Below are positions 8,721 to 17,196 of a stretch of 32,590 nt of DNA, piece after piece; within the stretch, counting starts at the first letter, position 1; each line of letters starts with the position of its first letter. The translations under genes and the position numbers were made by a program. Location: NCBI GenBank assembly GCA_046075765.1, contig JBJTQS010000170.1:1-32590 (forward strand), given 5' to 3'. Below the pieces are notes generated by a model. It saw nothing but the letters and a program-made list of their open reading frames with translations, was not told where the DNA came from and did no database searches. The stretch comes from Bacteroidota bacterium. GTDB lineage: Bacteria; Bacteroidota; Bacteroidia; AKYH767-A; OLB10.

Positions 8721-11700
8721 TTAGAAATCAAGCTTGATACCAAGACGAGCCCTGCGTGGCAAGCTATAGTTGTTAGGGTTGTTGACTTTGATGTTGTATT
8801 GGTCAACATAAGCGATAGGATCAGGCTTGGAAAGCAATTCGTTTTGACCAAGTGAAGAAGCGAGATAACCATCATCATCAGGGTTTCCAGTGTAACGGTA
8901 AACAGAGATGATGTTCTTGGTGTCAAACAGGTTTTGAACCTGGATGTAAACGTTCAAGGTCGCTGTCTTTGCTCCTTCGCCTTTTCCAAGCTTGAGATCA
9001 AAATCCTTGTCAAGTTTGATGTCTACACGATACTGCCAAGGAAGACGAGATCCGTTGATCTCTCCATCCAACTGTCCAGCACCTTGGTTGTTTACTCCAA
9101 TCGCATCAGCTTCTGCGATTACATCGCGCTGACGGCTGTAAGGAGTACCTGAACCAGCACGAAGCACAACGTTCAATCCAGCGTTGGCCAACACCTGGGT
9201 GTTCTTGATCATTGGTCCGTTGTAATCTTTTCCATTACCGTAGCGGTAGTCAACAGAAGTGGTGATCGAGTGACGTTGATCGAAATCGAGAGGTGCGATA
9301 GCGCGTAAGTTTGGCTGACCGTTAGAAAGAAGTTTGTCAGCGGTGTTGTCGGCAGAACCAGTTCCATCAGCGAACTGAAGTGTATAGTTTGCGCTCAAAC
9401 GTACGTTACCAGTACGACGAAGGTCATATCCCAATGAAAGACCTTTTACAGTACCGAAATCGAGGTTGTCGAATGTCTGATATTCCTTAGGGAATGCGAA
9501 GTTCACCTTGGTCTGCTGAATCATGTCACGCAATTCGCGGTAAAAACCGGAAATGGTGATTGCAGAGCTCTTAGACAAGGTTTGTTTGAAACCGATTTCG
9601 TAGTCGGTGGTACGCTCAGGCTTCAAAGCAGGGTTGTTGATGAGGTTTCCTTGAGATTCGATGAAGTAATAATCGAGCGGGTTGGCACGTAACCTTGATG
9701 GAGGACGCTGGGTCAATACATCATAGTGAGCAAAGAAGAGTGCCTCGTCAGATATCGGGAAAGAGAAGGCCACACGTGGCATGATAGTTACCACTGGCTC
9801 ATAATCCTTGAAGGAATCCGAAGGTTTGAAGGCTGTAGTTTGCACACCGCCTTGAGCCAACGATGGGTTGATCAACCATGGTGCGATTACACCGCCTGAT
9901 TGTTGTGCAAGGATGTTTGGGTTTGCCACAACTACACCATTTGCATCATACCAAACGTCATTATCACGATAACCAATGATATTGGCGTTTGCAGGATCAC
10001 TAACGTCGTCTACGTACACAACGAAGTCTTCGCCAATTCCATCAGGTCTGTTTGGAGCCTTTTCGCCAGCTGTATACGCTGGGTACAACAAATATTTATC
10101 ACGAAGCACCTTTTGGTTAGCATCGAAACGGTCGAAACGAATACCCACGTTGAAGATAAGATCGTTGATTGCGAATTTGTCTTGGATATAACCAGCCATG
10201 TAAATAGGCTCGAATGCACCGATAGGACGTGTATAGTTTCCTTTGTCATCCTTGGCAGTCCAGAAATCCTCGAAGGCTACGGAACCAGACTTGGTTTCAC
10301 CTGTGTAATCATATCCATAATATGACACCAAGTTGTTACCAGCATTCAACAACTCGTCTGCGGTGAAGAGATCCAAAGAAAGTAAACCACGATCAACACC
10401 GTCAATGTTCACGAAATCCGTGTATCCAACATTGGAATAACCGGAAGAGGCAAGCTTGTCGCGCAAGTTTTCAAAGAATCCTGGAGTTCCATCACCTGTA
10501 TACAAGCGGTCGTAGTGAACCGTGCTGTTACCAACATAAAGTGGATTGTCAAGATCAAGTTCACGATTGTTTTCATTTGCACGGAGGCGCATGATACTCC
10601 ACAAACCAACTGGTGCAACTGCAAATCCGCGATCTGAACGCTGCTCGTACTCAAAACCTGCTGTAATCGCATGGTCTTTGATATCAGCATTTACCTGGGC
10701 AGAAATACGGAACTGGGTTGCTTCATTTCTGTTATAACCGTTGTAAGTGTAACCTGGCATAATCCACATTCCATACGTAGACAACGGACGGTCACCATTG
10801 CGAAGACCACCGTTTGTACGAATCTGAGTCAGGTTCTGGAAGTAACCAGGAGCACCCAATGCAGATGTGATGTTGAAATATTGTGAAGTGTAGGTTTCAG
10901 TCAGGGTGTTGATACCCCCTGGAGTAAACTGAACAAGGGAGTCACCAGGCAGTGCGATTTGCTGATAAAATATGCTATCGCCAGTAGTTGGGTCAACCAG
11001 TCCGATTTCAGAGAACAGGGTGTCAATGATTCCCGTGTTTGGATCTTGGATGATGGATGGCGTACGGTAAACCAATCCCTGGTTCTTCAAGATGTTGAAG
11101 TTTCCAATGTAGCCGTAGTCGAAGTAGCGATCCTCATTTGTCTCATCCTGTAGGATGGTTTTGGTTTTACTGTAATCAACTTGCAAAGAGTAGTATGCAT
11201 TCTTGATCAAGGATTTGGAAGCTTCGCCATCGGCACCTTTCTTGCCTCCCAATTTTTGAGTCAGACGTCCGAATACCCTCCAAGTGTCATCGATACGCTG
11301 CGCGTTATTGTCATAGTTGTAGAGTGAATAGGAATAGTTCCAATCACGGCTACCACGGTGGTCAACTGTACCACCCAGGGTGATGTTGAGGTTTTCAGCT
11401 GGAGAGAAGTCAAGTTTTCCAGAGAAACGGTAGCTGGTTGCCTTAACGTTCTGTTTGGCATCGATTTTCTCAAAGCTCCATGCTTTCAAGGTATCAGCCT
11501 TATTGCGGAAAACGGTGCTGCCAGGATTTGCAGATGCCAACGGAGCGGATACGATTTCGTCCCAAACCTCTTGCTTTACCTTGTAGAATCCAATAGCAGA
11601 AGGATCTGGATCTTTTTCCATTTGGTATTCCCCTGACACAAAGAAACCGATCAAGGTGCGGTCGATTTTCCCTTCAGCGTTACGCTTGGAAAGAACTGGC

Positions 11701-12473
11701 CCGGATAGGTTACCACCCACCAGGTTGTAACCATATTTATCGAACAATTCAGAAGTCACGAATTCGATACCTCCGAAAAATTCTTTAGATGGACCACGAG
11801 TTGTAATGTTGATGATACCACCGGTTGCATCGCCATACTGTGCGGGAACACCACCTGTTACAACCGTGATCTGCTCGATACCAGATTGAGGTACGTTGGT
11901 AGAACCGCGCACCTTGATACCATCGATATAGTAATCGGTTGCATCTGTACGGGATCCGCGCACGTTTACATCATCACCCTCATCTTTCTGGTATACACCA
12001 GCTGTGGTAGCGGCTACCGACTTAACGTCACGGGTTGGAGCAACCTTGATTTCTTCTTGGGTTATGGTTGTTTGGGTTGATGGGTTACCCTTGTCGATGA
12101 TCGGATTTTTGTAAGCCGTTACATCGATTGCGGTAATATCAACCGCGCCTTTGCCCATCAAAAGATCTTGGAAAGTGATCTTGTCGGTGGAGACCAAGAC
12201 GCCAGTGATCTCGGCGGCGGTGTACCCTACAAAGGACGCCTTAATATTATATCGCCCTGGTTGAAGTGGTTTGATGGTGAAGTTTCCATCGAAATCGGTT
12301 TGGGCTCCACCGGCTTGGCTGCCATTGATTTCTACAATCACGTTGGCAAATGGAAGAGGCTCCTTGGTGTTCTTGTCCAGAACCTTACCTTTAATGGCAC
12401 CGGTTTGCGCGAATGCGGCAATTCCCGAAGCGACAATAAAAGCAGCTGTTAACAGGTAAATTCTTCTCAGCAT
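8721..12473 (-). CDS. TonB-dependent-receptor-type outer-membrane protein with N-terminal carboxypeptidase-regulatory-like domain (1250 aa)
   Basis: Signal peptide followed by GAIKGKVLDKNTKEPLPFANVIV...DGNFTIKPLQPGRYNIKASFVGY (CarboxypepD_reg). A plug-like region follows (DVNVRGSRTDATDYYIDGIKV...GGIINITTRG). The rest is a long beta-rich body ending in RLGIKLDF with a terminal Phe. Only 16 nt separate it from the next gene. Confidence 0.9.
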   Translation of the reverse strand: MLRRIYLLTAAFIVASGIAAFAQTGAIKGKVLDKNTKEPLPFANVIVEINGSQAGGAQTDFDGNFTIKPLQPGRYNIKASFVGYTAAEITGVLVSTDKITFQDLLMGKGAVDITAIDVTAYKNPIIDKGNPSTQTTITQEEIKVAPTRDVKSVAATTAGVYQKDEGDDVNVRGSRTDATDYYIDGIKVRGSTNVPQSGIEQITVVTGGVPAQYGDATGGIINITTRGPSKEFFGGIEFVTSELFDKYGYNLVGGNLSGPVLSKRNAEGKIDRTLIGFFVSGEYQMEKDPDPSAIGFYKVKQEVWDEIVSAPLASANPGSTVFRNKADTLKAWSFEKIDAKQNVKATSYRFSGKLDFSPAENLNITLGGTVDHRGSRDWNYSYSLYNYDNNAQRIDDTWRVFGRLTQKLGGKKGADGEASKSLIKNAYYSLQVDYSKTKTILQDETNEDRYFDYGYIGNFNILKNQGLVYRTPSIIQDPNTGIIDTLFSEIGLVDPTTGDSIFYQQIALPGDSLVQFTPGGINTLTETYTSQYFNITSALGAPGYFQNLTQIRTNGGLRNGDRPLSTYGMWIMPGYTYNGYNRNEATQFRISAQVNADIKDHAITAGFEYEQRSDRGFAVAPVGLWSIMRLRANENNRELDLDNPLYVGNSTVHYDRLYTGDGTPGFFENLRDKLASSGYSNVGYTDFVNIDGVDRGLLSLDLFTADELLNAGNNLVSYYGYDYTGETKSGSVAFEDFWTAKDDKGNYTRPIGAFEPIYMAGYIQDKFAINDLIFNVGIRFDRFDANQKVLRDKYLLYPAYTAGEKAPNRPDGIGEDFVVYVDDVSDPANANIIGYRDNDVWYDANGVVVANPNILAQQSGGVIAPWLINPSLAQGGVQTTAFKPSDSFKDYEPVVTIMPRVAFSFPISDEALFFAHYDVLTQRPPSRLRANPLDYYFIESQGNLINNPALKPERTTDYEIGFKQTLSKSSAITISGFYRELRDMIQQTKVNFAFPKEYQTFDNLDFGTVKGLSLGYDLRRTGNVRLSANYTLQFADGTGSADNTADKLLSNGQPNLRAIAPLDFDQRHSITTSVDYRYGNGKDYNGPMIKNTQVLANAGLNVVLRAGSGTPYSRQRDVIAEADAIGVNNQGAGQLDGEINGSRLPWQYRVDIKLDKDFDLKLGKGEGAKTATLNVYIQVQNLFDTKNIISVYRYTGNPDDDGYLASSLGQNELLSKPDPIAYVDQYNIKVNNPNNYSLPRRARLGIKLDF

Positions 12474-12533
12474 AGGGTTACAATTATTGTTAGGTTTAAT
12501 GGGTTTTTCATTCGAAGTGGGTAAAAGTAGAAA

Positions 12534-12602
12534 TAATTGAAATCAATAACCAAAAATTATTGAAACGAAAATTTAACATAGGTTTAAAAACTTTATTGAA
12601 AC
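12534..12602. repeat. Three copies of a TTATTGAAAC-like direct repeat upstream of the outer-membrane operon
   Basis: TAATTGAAAT at 12534-12543, and TTATTGAAAC at both 12557-12566 and 12593-12602 (two perfect 10-mers 36 bp apart). They lie 61-129 nt upstream of the ATG at 12473. Confidence 0.4.
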
Positions 12603-12604
12603 CA

Positions 12605-13063
12605 TTAAGAATAAGGCCTTTGAAGTATCTCGGAAAGCACTATGGCTTGCCTAAAATCTGCATTTCTAATCTGTTCGGCTATTGGATTATGCAAAGATTG
12701 AGGTTCAAGCTCGATTTCTTCAAACTGAACTGAAGCAGATGGCTTAATCAAACCACCCTCTAATGAAGGCGAAGACTCTACATATCCTCTTGATCTGGAG
12801 GTTAATGCTGGCCTAACCAGTGTTTTACGTTTTTCAGTTGCCGAAATGGGAGGCTTGCGACTAGGACTTGGCGAGGCTATTGGCCTTTTTAATGGAGATG
12901 GCTTGGGTAAAACGGGCGGCACATATGGAGTCTCAGTCTTTTGTGAATCAACAGGTTTCGACAAATCACGGGAGGCTGTGTCTTTTTTTATCTTCTCGTA
13001 ATTTTTATAAATCATCCACGCGAAGGCTGCCAAAACATATAAAACGATTTTAAAATCTTCCAT
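12605..13063 (-). CDS. Hypothetical single-pass membrane protein with proline-rich linker
   Basis: 152 aa with an ATG start. It has an N-terminal TM helix (IVLYVLAAFAWMIY), a P/S/K-rich low-complexity middle (PPVLPKPSPLKRPIASPSPSRKPP) and a C-terminal FRQAIVLSEILQRPY motif. I recognise no catalytic family. Confidence 0.55.
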   Translation of the reverse strand: MEDFKIVLYVLAAFAWMIYKNYEKIKKDTASRDLSKPVDSQKTETPYVPPVLPKPSPLKRPIASPSPSRKPPISATEKRKTLVRPALTSRSRGYVESSPSLEGGLIKPSASVQFEEIELEPQSLHNPIAEQIRNADFRQAIVLSEILQRPYS

Positions 13064-13076
13064 TTATTGCGCCTTT

Positions 13077-13183
13077 CTGAAAACCATGAAATTCAAATAT
13101 CGGATTTTCATTTGATTTTTTCGATTAGACACCAAATCGATCAAAAATTAGGATTGTGGAAATCTCAATATTTTGGTTTTCAG
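13077..13183 (-). other. Imperfect ~107-nt palindrome, a possible structured 5' leader of the 12605..13063 gene
   Basis: CTGAAAACCA (13077-13086) is the exact reverse complement of TGGTTTTCAG (13174-13183). Nested pairings are AAATATCG/CAATATTT, GATTT/AAATC, TTTGAT/ATCAAA and CGATT/AATCG around an AGACACCA loop. The one mismatch is a G-U wobble on the minus-strand RNA and a C-A mismatch on the plus strand. Confidence 0.3.
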
Positions 13184-13256
13184 CCAACCCGCAACGGATC
13201 GAAATTCAAGTCGGTTTAAATGGTATATTTGAATACGGCATGAGGATTGGAAAAGC

Positions 13257-13264
13257 TATTTTTG
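13257..13264 (+). promoter_or_regulatory. Candidate Bacteroidota -7 promoter box (TAnnTTTG) for smc
   Basis: TATTTTTG at 13257-13264 lies 53 nt upstream of the smc ATG. A second exact match, TATATTTG, lies at 13224-13231. No clear -33 TTTG sits at canonical spacing. Confidence 0.3.
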
Positions 13265-13316
13265 CCATCCTTTTTCCCTACCCTATCATTTATTAAACCA
13301 GTAACAGTTACCCATC

Positions 13317-16300
13317 ATGCGCTTAACCAAGCTTGAAACCAAAGGCTTCAAGAGTTTCGGAGACAAGGTCACCATACATTTCGATAAAGGCATAACCGCC
13401 ATCGTTGGACCAAACGGTTCAGGAAAATCCAACGTAGTGGATGCCATCCGCTGGGTTTTGGGTGAGCAGAAAACCCGCTTGCTACGATCCGACAAAATGG
13501 AGAACGTGATCTTCAACGGAACCAAAAACCGGAAGCCTGCCAACCTGGCCGAAGTATTCCTGACTTTTGAAAATAATAAAGGAATCCTGCCCCTTGAATA
13601 TTCAACCGTTTGTATTGGTCGCCGCTTATACCGTACCGGCGAGAGCGAATACCTGCTAAATAACGTCACCTGCCGACTCAAGGATATCACAGATCTTTTC
13701 CTTGATACAGGAATTGGTCCCGATAGCTATTCCATCATCGAATTGAAAATGGTGGATGATATCATTAAAGACCGCCATAGCACCATCAACAACCTTCTTG
13801 AAGAAGCTGCAGGGATCTCCAAGTACAAGATCCGCAAGAAGCAAACCTTCAACAAACTCGAGGAAACGGATGCCGACTTGAATCGTGTGAACGATTTGCT
13901 TTTTGAAATCGAAAAAAGCCTGAAGCAGCTCGAAAACCAAGCCAAGAAAACACAACGATTTTACAAGCTGAAAGATGAATACCGTGAGCTCAGCGTTTCC
14001 TACTCATTGCATGCCGTAAAGGATTACCACGAGAAGATGGGTGAAATGCAGCGCAAGGAAGAGTCGTTGTCGGATGACAAACTGCGCCAACATGTGGACC
14101 TCGATGTGATTGAGGCCCGATTGCAGCACCTAAAAACCGACAGCTTAGAGAAAGAGAAAGCTCTTTCTATAGCACAAAAGGAATTAAACGAAGCGGTAAT
14201 CCAAATCACTCGTTGTGAAAACGAAGTGAAAAACATGCGCGACCGCATTACATTCCTGCATGATAAACAGAAACAACTTACCCGTCAAAACGAAGCCGAC
14301 GAAATCACCATTTTAGAATTGCAGGAGAGCATCACCCAACTGCAAAGTGAAAAATCCACCGAGGAAGAAACCTTGAAGAACATGGAGCAACAACTCCAAG
14401 AAATGAAGCGCAATGTGGATGAGAACAAGGAGCTGTACGACCAATCCGTTGAAGAATTGAACAGACTCAACAAGCTCATCTTCGAAACCCGCCAGGAAAT
14501 CAACAAACACGAAACTGAAGTAGCCGTAAAGGAAGCGCGTGCCAATTCAATACGTGAAGAACTAAAGCGTCTTCAGGAGCAAAATGATGGGAACAACGAA
14601 AAATTGCAAGCCGTTGAAGTCGAAATTTCACAAGTGACTCCAGAGGTTTCACGTTTTGAAGCCGAAGCAAAATCAGCTCGTGAAAATGCAGCAAAAATAG
14701 CTTCGCAACTCGCTAACGCAGAAACCAAATTGCGCGAGCTTAACGTGAGGCTTTCAGAAGAAAAACGCGCTTGTGATGTTAAGTCCAACGAATATGAATT
14801 GACCCGAAGCCTGATGGAAAAAATGGAGGGCTTCCCCGATTCCATCCGCTTCCTGAAATCGAATGAGTCATCTTTCAAAAACCTGCCTCTTCTATCCGAC
14901 GTGGTAAGCTTCAAGGATGAATTCAAGAGTGCTATTGAAAATTACCTGGAGCCATTCCTGAATCATTTTGTTGCCGAAAACGCACAGGAAGCGTGGGAAG
15001 CAATACAAACCCTCGATAAGTCATCCAAGGGCCGCGCAAACTTCTTTATTCTTGAAAACCTAGAGCGTTTGCCAGCTAACGCATCAGGTTCAATCAGTGG
15101 ATGCGAAAGCGCATTAGCAGCTTCAGAGTTCGATGGCAAATACCGTAAATTATTTGAGTATCTGCTTGGACATGTACATGTACTTAGAAACACAGAGGAC
15201 ATCTCCAAGGTAGATACTTCCGATCTTGAAAAAGGATTTGTAATCCTTTCTTCCAACGGAAGATTCCTGCGCCAACGTTATACCATAGGTGGTGGATCTG
15301 TTGGTCATGGTGATGGCAAACGCACAGGGCGACAGAAGAATTTGCAGCAACTTGCAGAGAAAATAGAAGCGCACAAAGTTGCCATAGATAAAATCCAGAT
15401 CGAAATCGGCGAAACTGAAGAATCAATCGGCAGCTTGCGTTTAGCAGGCTCAACAGGCAATGCGGATGTTTCACTACTCGACAACGAGTTCGCAAAAGCT
15501 ATAGGACGCGTTTCAACACTGAATAACAACAAGGATTTTTTACTATCGGCTTTCAACTATACCAAATCAACTATCGACAGATTGAATGATGAGTTGAATA
15601 GATTAAACTCAACGCCTTCCAGTCCGGATGGAGCAGCTCCTTATTCCATCGAATCCCGCAAGGAGGAGCTCACCAATCTCATCAACCAACAAGCATCGCA
15701 ACAACAGCGCTCTTCCGATTTGCAGCGTCACGTTGGGGAAATGTCGGGCGCATACAACACCAAGAACATACAGTTCTACCAACAGCAAAACAAGCTGCAG
15801 AACATTACACGCGACATCAGTTTCAAATCCAATCAGGTGGCCAACCTGAACAATAATCGCGTGGTTCAAACAGGTGAACTGGAAGGCATCAGCAATCAGT
15901 TGAACACATTGGAATCTTCCATCACGGAAGCCGATAGACAACTAGCTGAATTGGTTGCCAAACGCACTGAACAGGAGACAAACCTCAAAACGCACGAAGA
16001 CGACTACTACAAATCCAAAGGCGAAATCGAGGCTGAAGAAAAATCAATTGGCGAAAAACGCAAGCAGAAAGAACATTCCGAAGCAATAATACGGGAGATT
16101 CAGAACGAGAAAAACACCTTGATGTTGCAGATGACCTCGCTACGCGAGCGCTTGAACATCGAATTTGAAATTTCGCTGGATGACTTGAAGGACCGCGAAC
16201 CTGACCCCGAGCAAAATCCTGACGAACTTCGCGCAAGAGTCGATAAGCTAAAAACGCAGTTGAGCGAATTCGGAGCGATAAACCCAATGGCGCTTGAATC

Positions 16301-16874
16301 CTTCAAGGAAATCAAAGAACGACATGATTTCATTCTGAAAGAACAAGATGACTTGAATAAAGCTAAAGAGTCGCTGCTCAAGACGATTGCTGAAATCGAC
16401 GGCACAGCCAAGGAAAAATTCATGGAGGCCTACAATGCAGTTCGCGCAAACTTCATTCACGTTTTCCGTACGCTATTTTCAGAAGAGGATAATTGTGACT
16501 TGATACTTACTGATCTAGCCAACCCATTGGAATCGGATGTTCAAATCATTGCGCAACCAAAGGGCAAAAAGCCTATGTCGATTGACCAGCTTTCAGGAGG
16601 AGAGAAAACCCTAACTGCAACATCCCTGCTGTTTGGCGTTTACTTGTTGAAGCCTTCCCCATTCTGTATTTTGGATGAGGTTGATGCGCCTTTGGATGAC
16701 GCGAACATTGGAAAGTTCAGCAAGATCATCCGCACTTTCTCTAAAGAGTCGCAGTTCATCATCATCACCCACAACAAATCAACGATGGCTGAGACCGATG
16801 TGATGTACGGTGTTACCATGGTTGAGCAAGGGGTAACACAGTTGGTGCCAGTCGACTTGAGAGAGTACGCGTGA
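13317..16874 (+). CDS. smc: Chromosome segregation protein SMC
   Basis: 1185 aa. It has an N-terminal Walker A (GPNGSGKSNVVDA), long E/K/Q-rich coiled coils, a central hinge, a C-terminal signature motif (LSGGEKTLTA) and Walker B (FCILDEVDAPLD). Confidence 0.95.
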   Translation: MRLTKLETKGFKSFGDKVTIHFDKGITAIVGPNGSGKSNVVDAIRWVLGEQKTRLLRSDKMENVIFNGTKNRKPANLAEVFLTFENNKGILPLEYSTVCIGRRLYRTGESEYLLNNVTCRLKDITDLFLDTGIGPDSYSIIELKMVDDIIKDRHSTINNLLEEAAGISKYKIRKKQTFNKLEETDADLNRVNDLLFEIEKSLKQLENQAKKTQRFYKLKDEYRELSVSYSLHAVKDYHEKMGEMQRKEESLSDDKLRQHVDLDVIEARLQHLKTDSLEKEKALSIAQKELNEAVIQITRCENEVKNMRDRITFLHDKQKQLTRQNEADEITILELQESITQLQSEKSTEEETLKNMEQQLQEMKRNVDENKELYDQSVEELNRLNKLIFETRQEINKHETEVAVKEARANSIREELKRLQEQNDGNNEKLQAVEVEISQVTPEVSRFEAEAKSARENAAKIASQLANAETKLRELNVRLSEEKRACDVKSNEYELTRSLMEKMEGFPDSIRFLKSNESSFKNLPLLSDVVSFKDEFKSAIENYLEPFLNHFVAENAQEAWEAIQTLDKSSKGRANFFILENLERLPANASGSISGCESALAASEFDGKYRKLFEYLLGHVHVLRNTEDISKVDTSDLEKGFVILSSNGRFLRQRYTIGGGSVGHGDGKRTGRQKNLQQLAEKIEAHKVAIDKIQIEIGETEESIGSLRLAGSTGNADVSLLDNEFAKAIGRVSTLNNNKDFLLSAFNYTKSTIDRLNDELNRLNSTPSSPDGAAPYSIESRKEELTNLINQQASQQQRSSDLQRHVGEMSGAYNTKNIQFYQQQNKLQNITRDISFKSNQVANLNNNRVVQTGELEGISNQLNTLESSITEADRQLAELVAKRTEQETNLKTHEDDYYKSKGEIEAEEKSIGEKRKQKEHSEAIIREIQNEKNTLMLQMTSLRERLNIEFEISLDDLKDREPDPEQNPDELRARVDKLKTQLSEFGAINPMALESFKEIKERHDFILKEQDDLNKAKESLLKTIAEIDGTAKEKFMEAYNAVRANFIHVFRTLFSEEDNCDLILTDLANPLESDVQIIAQPKGKKPMSIDQLSGGEKTLTATSLLFGVYLLKPSPFCILDEVDAPLDDANIGKFSKIIRTFSKESQFIIITHNKSTMAETDVMYGVTMVEQGVTQLVPVDLREYA

Positions 16875-16879
16875 TTAGA

Positions 16880-17185
16880 TTATTTGAATGGTGCCAAAAG
16901 CTTGTCGATGAAACGGGGCTTGCTTGAAACATACTTGGAACCCTTTTTCCTGTTTTTCTTCATGCGCTTTCGAGTCTCCTTGTCCTGTAGTTTCATGTGA
17001 CGCTTTCGGCCTTCTATTTCCGCTTTGCGGGCATCCTGTTTCTGCTGTTCTTTTTTTTCGTGGGCCTTCTTTTGCTTCTTGGTCATTTTCTGGTCATCCT
17101 GTGCCATGGAAAACGAGGCTGATAACAGCAAAAGCGAGACAGCCAGCAGCAAGGTTTTCTTTATGAATGACAGATTGAATTTCAT
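16880..17185 (-). CDS. Small secreted, extremely basic Lys/Arg/Glu-rich protein (101 aa)
   Basis: ATG start and a signal peptide (KKTLLLAVSLLLLSASFSMAQ). The mature part is KKQKKAHEKKEQQKQDARKAEIEGRKRHMKLQDKETRKRMKKNRKKGSKY. It starts 11 nt after the monooxygenase-like gene stop, and its stop lies 5 nt from the convergent smc stop. Confidence 0.55.
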   Translation of the reverse strand: MKFNLSFIKKTLLLAVSLLLLSASFSMAQDDQKMTKKQKKAHEKKEQQKQDARKAEIEGRKRHMKLQDKETRKRMKKNRKKGSKYVSSKPRFIDKLLAPFK

Positions 17186-17196
17186 TGTTAAGTTAT

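Noticed and set aside
4613-12473. The idea that this is a SusC/SusD-type polysaccharide utilisation locus.
   Set aside because: The gene after the receptor is not a ~500-600-aa SusD-like lipoprotein. It has no lipobox, is 1363 aa long and carries a T9SS-type tail. There are no glycoside hydrolase or regulator genes nearby.
12474-12604. An exact TAnnTTTG -7 promoter box for the outer-membrane operon.
   Set aside because: Only near-matches occur on the minus strand (TAATTTTTGG, TAAATTTTCG). I could not place a consensus box, so no promoter feature is called.
13286-13690. A 134-aa minus-strand ORF overlapping the smc start.
   Set aside because: It overlaps the conserved SMC Walker-A region on the opposite strand and has no motifs. 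The SMC frame explains the open reading.
13656-16460. About a dozen 60-117-aa ORFs antisense to, or out of frame with, smc (for example 14573..14926, 15609..15941, 16100..16423).
   Set aside because: They lie entirely inside a strongly supported 1185-aa SMC frame. Their S/F/L/C-rich low-complexity translations are the mirror image of a K/E/Q-rich coiled-coil coding sequence. None has a recognisable motif.
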